Assembly: GCA_964291415.2 (NCBI GenBank)
Contig: OZ219917.1
Location: forward strand, 1,178,012-1,242,011
DNA from: Alphaproteobacteria bacterium
GTDB taxonomy: Bacteria; Pseudomonadota; Alphaproteobacteria; SP197
DNA length: 64,000 bases
Reading direction: 5' to 3'
In this document: in pieces, positions 58,550 through 64,000 of the stretch
Layout: every line of letters starts with the position of its first letter
How positions within the stretch are numbered: position 1 is the stretch's first letter
Notes under the pieces: model-generated
Databases searched by the model: none
What the model saw: the letters and a program-made list of their open reading frames with translations, nothing else
What the model was told of the DNA's origin: nothing
Translations under genes and position numbers: made by a program

Positions 58550-59461
58550 TTATGGCGTCCTTCTTGCTCCGAAGGCGCCGATGTAGCCGGTGGTGTCGAA
58601 GACGCCCCAGGCCTCCTCGTGCGCCGGCCCGTGGAAGGCTCCGGAGAGGTGGTCGGTCCCGGCGACGCCCGCGGCGAAGCGGCCGCCGGCAAGCGCCATG
58701 CCGGTCCAGTCGCCGATGGTGTGGCCGGCCACGTCGATGCCGACATCGACCCGCGGCTGCGAGAGATCGGCGATGGTCACCGTCGCCGTGCCCATGAGCC
58801 GCTCGAAGGTCCCCGTCGGGCTCGCCTCGGCGATGCCTCGCCACGTCGCGCTCCCCGTGCCGGCGGGGTTCGTGCCCGTGGCGTCGCCCGCCACGTAGGC
58901 CCGGGCCAGGGAGAAGTCGCCGGTGTACGCCGTCCCCTCGATCGTCGCCGCCAGCGGGCCTTCGCCCAGCGCCAGCACCGCGAAGCCGTGTTCGCCCCAG
59001 AACCCCCAGCTCGTCACCTCCGGAGAGGCGCTGAGGACCTCGAGGCTCTCCCGCGTCGTCGCCGTGGCGAACCCGCCACGCGTGCCGAGGCTCGCCTCGA
59101 TCGTCTCGGGGCCCATGGCGCCCGAGGCGGAGGCGTCGAACAGGTCCGCCACCGTGGTCGCCGTGCCGTCCGCCGCAACGCAGCGGCCGCCGGCGCAGGT
59201 GACGCCCTCGACGCTGGAGTCCTCGATCGCCGCCCCGCCCTCGGCCATCAGGGACGCGTGCGTGCGCGAGCCGGTCATCAGCAGCGTGTCGGCACGCTCG
59301 AGCACGCCGCCGAGGCGGGCCACGTCCTCGTTGGCCGAGCCCGACAGACCCGACCCCGCGCCCGGCTCGCCGGGCGAGGAGGAGCCCCCGCCGCCGCCGC
59401 AGGCGGCGAGGGCCACGGCCGCGGCCACCACGGCCGCGGTCATCACTGTCCTGGAGTTCAT
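58550..59461 (-). CDS. Lipoprotein with TbpB-like C-terminal beta-barrel
   Basis: Lipobox LAAC-GGGGG; SATWRG, GAFHGPAHEEAWGVF, YIGAFGA. Confidence 0.8.
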   Translation of the reverse strand: MNSRTVMTAAVVAAAVALAACGGGGGSSSPGEPGAGSGLSGSANEDVARLGGVLERADTLLMTGSRTHASLMAEGGAAIEDSSVEGVTCAGGRCVAADGTATTVADLFDASASGAMGPETIEASLGTRGGFATATTRESLEVLSASPEVTSWGFWGEHGFAVLALGEGPLAATIEGTAYTGDFSLARAYVAGDATGTNPAGTGSATWRGIAEASPTGTFERLMGTATVTIADLSQPRVDVGIDVAGHTIGDWTGMALAGGRFAAGVAGTDHLSGAFHGPAHEEAWGVFDTTGYIGAFGARRTP

Positions 59462-59499
59462 CGCAAGCATCCCTCTTGTCACGTTGGATCCGCGCCGGC

Positions 59500-62400
59500 T
59501 CAGAAGCGCAGACGCACGTCAAGCCTGAGCAGGTGCTCGGTCCCGGCGCCCTCGCGGCGCTCGCCCGCAAACTCGACATGCAGGCGCTCCGCCTCGAAGC
59601 GCGTCCCCAGCCGCAGCCGCCGGCTGTCGCCGCCGGCCACGCCGGTCTCCGCAAACGGCGTCAGCAACCCGTAGGGCGTCACGCCCAGGCCGTAGCCGAT
59701 GCGCGCGTCCAGCGCCATGGCGCCACCCGACGCCTCGCCCACCGTCGGCAGCTCGGCGCCCCACAGCGCCTCGGCGGCGCCCGTGCCGGCCCCCCAGTGC
59801 GGGCTCAGCATCAGCGACAGGCCGCGGCCCTGCGCTCCCGGACCGACACGCGCCGTCACGCTCACGCCGCGCTCCTCGGCGCCCTCCTCGGAGTGCGCCG
59901 CCAGCCAGCGGCCCCGCGCCTCCACATGGAACCGCGGCGCCGTGTAGCGCACGCCGCCCACGGTCTCCAGGCCGCTCCCGGCCAGACCGTCGCCGCCGTC
60001 GCGCCGCGCCGCCGCCTCGACGAAGGGCACCAGCGCCGTGTCGCCGTCCAGCGCAATGCGCCGCGACGCCTCCAGGCCCGTGCGCAGGCGCCAGCTGTCC
60101 GCCGTCAGGCCGTCCACATAGTCCGGGCCGTCGTCGGTCTCCAGGCGCGCCAGGCTGGCGTCCGCCCGCACCGCAAGGTCGATGCCGGCCAGGGCCGGAA
60201 GCGCATGGCGCAGTCCCGCCGAGCCCATCCACATCACAAGGTCGCTGGTCTCGGCCTCGCCGCCCTCCAGGCGGTGCCGCGCCTCGCCGCGGCCGGCGCC
60301 CAGAACGCCGTGCAGTTCCAGGTCCTCCGACAGCGTCCACCGCCCGTAGGGGTAGAGCGCCGTCAGATCGGTCTCCAGGCGGCCCTCGCCGGAGCCCGCC
60401 GCGCCGTCGAAGCGGTAGTCCGCCTCGCCCGTGCCGTGGCTCACCGCCAGACCCGCCACCCACGGTCCCGACCGGGCGTCGATGCCCAGCCAGCCCGTGC
60501 GCAGCTCGCCCTCGTAGCGCATCCCTTCCGGGCGCCCCGCGAAGGTCCCGAGATCGCCGCGGCCCCACACCGCCCACAGCGGTGCATCCGAACCCTCGGC
60601 CTCACCCAGCGTCAGCGAGAACGCGCTCGCCTGCATGAGCTCTTCGGCCTCGACGCCCCGGCTGCGCACCGGGGCGCAGACCTCGCCGGCGTCCGTCTGC
60701 CCGAGGCGGCCCGGGACGTCGGGCACACACCTCCGCCCCACATCCGCAGGACCCGCCCCGGACACCCCGAACGGCACCGTCTCGCCGGCCAGCGTCAGAC
60801 CGCTCGCCGGCACCGAGGCCGCAAACCGCGCCGCGATGTTGTCGAGCGCGCTCGACAGAGCCCGCCGCGCCACCGCCGCCAGCGTGCGCCGCACCGAGCG
60901 CTTCACCAGCGCCGTGCGGGCGTCCGCCACCGTCACCTGGAACGTCAGGATCGCCGCATCCGTGTCCGCCCGGTTGGCGTCCGCGTCGTCCGCCCGCCAG
61001 GTGAAGACCCAGTCTCCCACCGCCGCCGGCGTCCCCGACAGCCTCCGCGTCGCCGCGTCGATGTCGAGACCCGCCAGGCCCGCGGGATCCGAGGTCAGGG
61101 CGTAGCTCAGCTCGCCGTTGCCCCCCGTCGCCGCCGGCAGCACCGCAGGCTCCATCGCCTCGCCAACCGTCAGCACCAGGGATGCCATCGGCGCCCCGAA
61201 GACCGGCGCCGTGTCGCGCACCGTCACCGTCACCTCGTCGCTGCCGGCCAGACCCCCCGGGTCCGTCACCGTCAGGCGGAACACCATCGCGCCCGACTCC
61301 GCCGGCGCCGTGAACGTCGCCCGCGCCGTGGCCGCCCCCGAGAGCGTCACCGACGCCCCCGAGACCTGCGTCCACGCATGGCTCAGCGCGTCCCCGTCCG
61401 GGTCCGTGCTCCCCGAGCCGTCCAGCGTCACCGACGCTCCCGGCTCGACCGCCATGTCCGCACCCGCAGACGCCACAGGCGTGCCCTCCGCCGGCTCCGA
61501 CGCGCCGCCGCCCGGCGAGCGCGGGATGAAGGCCGGAGGCGGTCCGTAGGTCACGGCCCTGTCCTCGATGCCCGCCGCCTCGTTGCCCGCGATGTCCTGG
61601 ATCGGGTTCGTGCCCTTCATGTAGCTCACCGTGACCGTCTCGCCCTCGCTGACCGCCGAGGCCACGGTCAGCACGACCGCGCTGCCGGTCACCTCGACGC
61701 CGCCGGCGACCGACCGTTCGCTCCCCTCCACCGTCACCGTGAAGTCCCCGGCCGCCGGCACGGAGCCCTGGTCCAGCGCCTCGTCGTAGACGAGCGTCAG
61801 CACGCTCTCCTGCACGGTGGCGCTGAACAGCCTCGGCGGCCTCGTGTCGGACGTGCGGTTGTCGACCGCCACCCGGGAGAAGTCCGGAGCCTCGTACCGG
61901 TTCGCGTGGGTGTCCCGGATCGGGTTCTCGCCCCTGGTGTAGCTCACCGTGACCCGCTGGCCCGCGGTGACCTCCGAGGCCAGGGTCAGCACGACCGCGC
62001 TGTGGGTCATGGCGACGCCGGAGACCGACCGGTCGCTCCCCGCCACCGTCACCGTGAAGTCCATCGCTGCCGGGACGGAGCCCGGGTCCAGCATCACGTC
62101 GTAGAGCAGCGTCAGCGTCGTCGCGTGCACCACGGCGCGCTCCAGCACCGGCGTCTCCCCCGTGACGTTGGTGACCGCATGGTCCGTGAAGCTCTCCGCC
62201 GGGCTCCCCGTGCGGTCGGCGCGCCGGATCGGCCTCGTCGCCTCCGCGGTGTAGCTCATCGTGACCGTCTGGCCCTCGCCGACCGCCGAGGCCAGGGTCA
62301 GCACGACCGTGCTGCGCCTCACCTCGACGCCGGTGACGGTCAGCGCATTCTCCGCCGCCGTCACTGCGAAGTCGTCCGGGGCAGGCCCGGAAGCCTCGTC

Positions 62401-64000
62401 CAGCGGCTCGCCGTAGTCCAGGGTCAGCGCCGTGCCGTCCACCGACGCCGACCGGAGCACGGGCGTCTCCGTGACGTTCATGACCGGATGGTCCGTGAAG
62501 CTCACCGCCGGGCTCCCCGTGCGGTCGGCACGCCGGATCGGGTTCGCGCCCCTGGTGTAGCTCACCGTGACCGTCTCGTCCCCGCCGACCGCCGAGGCCA
62601 GGGTCAGCACCACCGTGCTGCCGCTCACGTCGACGCCGGTGACGGACAGATCGGCACCCGCCGCCGTCACCGCGAAGTCAGCCGGGGCAGGCTCGGAAGC
62701 CTCGTCCAGCGCCTCGTCGAAGGTCAGCGTCAGCACCCGGCCGTCCACCAAAGCGGACGCGAGCGCGGGCGTCTCCGTGACGTTGGTGACCGCCCGGTTC
62801 GTGAAGCTCTCCGCCGGCTCCCCCATGCCGTCGGCGCGCTGGATCGGCTTCGTCGCGTCCGCGACGTAGCTGACCGTGACCGTCTCGCCCTCGTTCGCCG
62901 GCGCGGCCAGGGTCAGCACCACCGTGCTGCCGCTGACGTCGACGCCGGTGACGGAGAGCGCATTGCCCGCCGCCGTCACCGTGAAGTCCCCGGTCGCCGG
63001 CACGGAGCCCTGGTTCAGCGGCTCGCCGTAGTCCAGGGTCAGCACCGTGCTGTCCACCCACGCCGACTGGAGCACGGGCAGCACTTCGGCCGGCGGCGGT
63101 CCGTAGGTCACAGCCATGGCCTCGATGTCCGCCGCCACGTTGCCCGCAAGGTCCTGGATCGGGTGGTCGCCAGCCACGCCCGTGAAGGTGTCGTAGTCCA
63201 GGGTCACGTTCTGACCCTTCGTCACCACCTGGCCCAGGGTCAGGGTCATCGTCCGGCCGGCCACGGTGATGGCGGTCACCGTCGCCGGGATGGAGGTGGT
63301 CCCCTCGGGGGAGTTGACCTCCATGTCGACCTGGAATCGGCTCGCCGCCGGCGTGCGGGACGGAGCCAGCGTCTCGTCGTAGGTCAGGGTCAGCACGTGC
63401 CCCTGCACGGTGGCGGCAAGCAGCCCCGGCGCCGTGGTGTCGGACGACGTGCGGTTGTCGGCCGCGACCCCGGAGAAGCCCGCCGCCTCGTAGCGGTTCG
63501 CGTCGGTGTCCCGGATCGGGTTCGCGCCCCTCGTGTAGCTCACCGTGACACTCTGGCCCGCGGTGACCGCCGGGGCCGCCAGGGTCAGCACGACCGCGCT
63601 GTGGGTCACCTCGACGCCGGTCACCGACCGGCCGCTCCCCGCCACCGTCACCGCGAAGTCCCCGGTCGCCGGCACGGAGCCCTGGTCCAGAGCCTCGTCG
63701 TAGAGCAGCGTCAGCGTCGTCTGGTGCACCACGGCGCTCTTCAGCGTCGGCGACTTCACCGCGATGTTCGTGACCATCTGTCCCGTGAAGCTCTCCGCCG
63801 GATCCCCCGCGCCGCCGGCGCGCCGGATCGGGTTCGTGCCCTTCGTGTAGCTCACCGTGACCGCCTCGCCCTCGCCGACCGCCGAGGCCAGGGTCAGCGC
63901 GACCGTGCGGCCGCTCACGTCGACGCCGGTGACCGACACCGCGTCGCCCGCCGCCGTCACCGCGAAGTCCCCGGGAGCGGGCTCGGAATCCTCGTCCAGC
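59500..64000 (-). CDS. Autotransporter adhesin with SwmB-like repeats, PKD/Ig domains and beta-barrel (5-prime end outside window)
   Basis: At least 8 repeats of LTLxYDExL..SVPA..DF.VT...VTVSY; AGADMAV...VTLDGSGSTDPDGD; WGRGD...LYPY...C-terminal LRF. Confidence 0.9.
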   Translation of the reverse strand, partial: LDEDSEPAPGDFAVTAAGDAVSVTGVDVSGRTVALTLASAVGEGEAVTVSYTKGTNPIRRAGGAGDPAESFTGQMVTNIAVKSPTLKSAVVHQTTLTLLYDEALDQGSVPATGDFAVTVAGSGRSVTGVEVTHSAVVLTLAAPAVTAGQSVTVSYTRGANPIRDTDANRYEAAGFSGVAADNRTSSDTTAPGLLAATVQGHVLTLTYDETLAPSRTPAASRFQVDMEVNSPEGTTSIPATVTAITVAGRTMTLTLGQVVTKGQNVTLDYDTFTGVAGDHPIQDLAGNVAADIEAMAVTYGPPPAEVLPVLQSAWVDSTVLTLDYGEPLNQGSVPATGDFTVTAAGNALSVTGVDVSGSTVVLTLAAPANEGETVTVSYVADATKPIQRADGMGEPAESFTNRAVTNVTETPALASALVDGRVLTLTFDEALDEASEPAPADFAVTAAGADLSVTGVDVSGSTVVLTLASAVGGDETVTVSYTRGANPIRRADRTGSPAVSFTDHPVMNVTETPVLRSASVDGTALTLDYGEPLDEASGPAPDDFAVTAAENALTVTGVEVRRSTVVLTLASAVGEGQTVTMSYTAEATRPIRRADRTGSPAESFTDHAVTNVTGETPVLERAVVHATTLTLLYDVMLDPGSVPAAMDFTVTVAGSDRSVSGVAMTHSAVVLTLASEVTAGQRVTVSYTRGENPIRDTHANRYEAPDFSRVAVDNRTSDTRPPRLFSATVQESVLTLVYDEALDQGSVPAAGDFTVTVEGSERSVAGGVEVTGSAVVLTVASAVSEGETVTVSYMKGTNPIQDIAGNEAAGIEDRAVTYGPPPAFIPRSPGGGASEPAEGTPVASAGADMAVEPGASVTLDGSGSTDPDGDALSHAWTQVSGASVTLSGAATARATFTAPAESGAMVFRLTVTDPGGLAGSDEVTVTVRDTAPVFGAPMASLVLTVGEAMEPAVLPAATGGNGELSYALTSDPAGLAGLDIDAATRRLSGTPAAVGDWVFTWRADDADANRADTDAAILTFQVTVADARTALVKRSVRRTLAAVARRALSSALDNIAARFAASVPASGLTLAGETVPFGVSGAGPADVGRRCVPDVPGRLGQTDAGEVCAPVRSRGVEAEELMQASAFSLTLGEAEGSDAPLWAVWGRGDLGTFAGRPEGMRYEGELRTGWLGIDARSGPWVAGLAVSHGTGEADYRFDGAAGSGEGRLETDLTALYPYGRWTLSEDLELHGVLGAGRGEARHRLEGGEAETSDLVMWMGSAGLRHALPALAGIDLAVRADASLARLETDDGPDYVDGLTADSWRLRTGLEASRRIALDGDTALVPFVEAAARRDGGDGLAGSGLETVGGVRYTAPRFHVEARGRWLAAHSEEGAEERGVSVTARVGPGAQGRGLSLMLSPHWGAGTGAAEALWGAELPTVGEASGGAMALDARIGYGLGVTPYGLLTPFAETGVAGGDSRRLRLGTRFEAERLHVEFAGERREGAGTEHLLRLDVRLRF

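Noticed and set aside
61500-64000. Possible CRISPR or non-coding repeat array
   Set aside because: The repeats are roughly 300-bp in-frame protein domains without unique spacers; no cas genes

Overview
GC-rich, alphaproteobacterial-looking window; the TauD dioxygenases, SwmB-repeat autotransporter and many decayed TA/IS remnants suggest a marine invertebrate symbiont (inference). The main structure is a 22.6-kb integrative mobilizable element (7973-30605). It is bounded by an 11-bp direct repeat (CACACCGACCA) and splits a TauD-family dioxygenase gene exactly at its Fe(II)-binding H-T-D motif; removing it restores an intact 290-aa ORF. The element carries two tandem tyrosine integrases, a MOBF (TrwC-like) relaxase-helicase, three coupled ribbon-helix-helix proteins and defence cargo: an MmeI-like RM enzyme, an HNH-like protein, and a TerY-P triad whose kinase is fused to a PIN nuclease and preceded by a split GIY-YIG gene. 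A second, related dual-integrase element ends at about 3530 and points the other way; its second integrase is cut at the HDLRH motif by a RIT element. Both elements share an end structure (GCAC hairpin, GCG, variable 6 nt, GTGT) resembling a MOBF oriT nic site. Host genes include a tmpAB phosphonate operon, a creatininase/RidA/FAD-oxidase/deaminase/TauD cluster, hydA, maeB, a Kef antiporter, transporters and a SwmB autotransporter with a lipoprotein. All calls come from reading motifs by eye; no searches were run.
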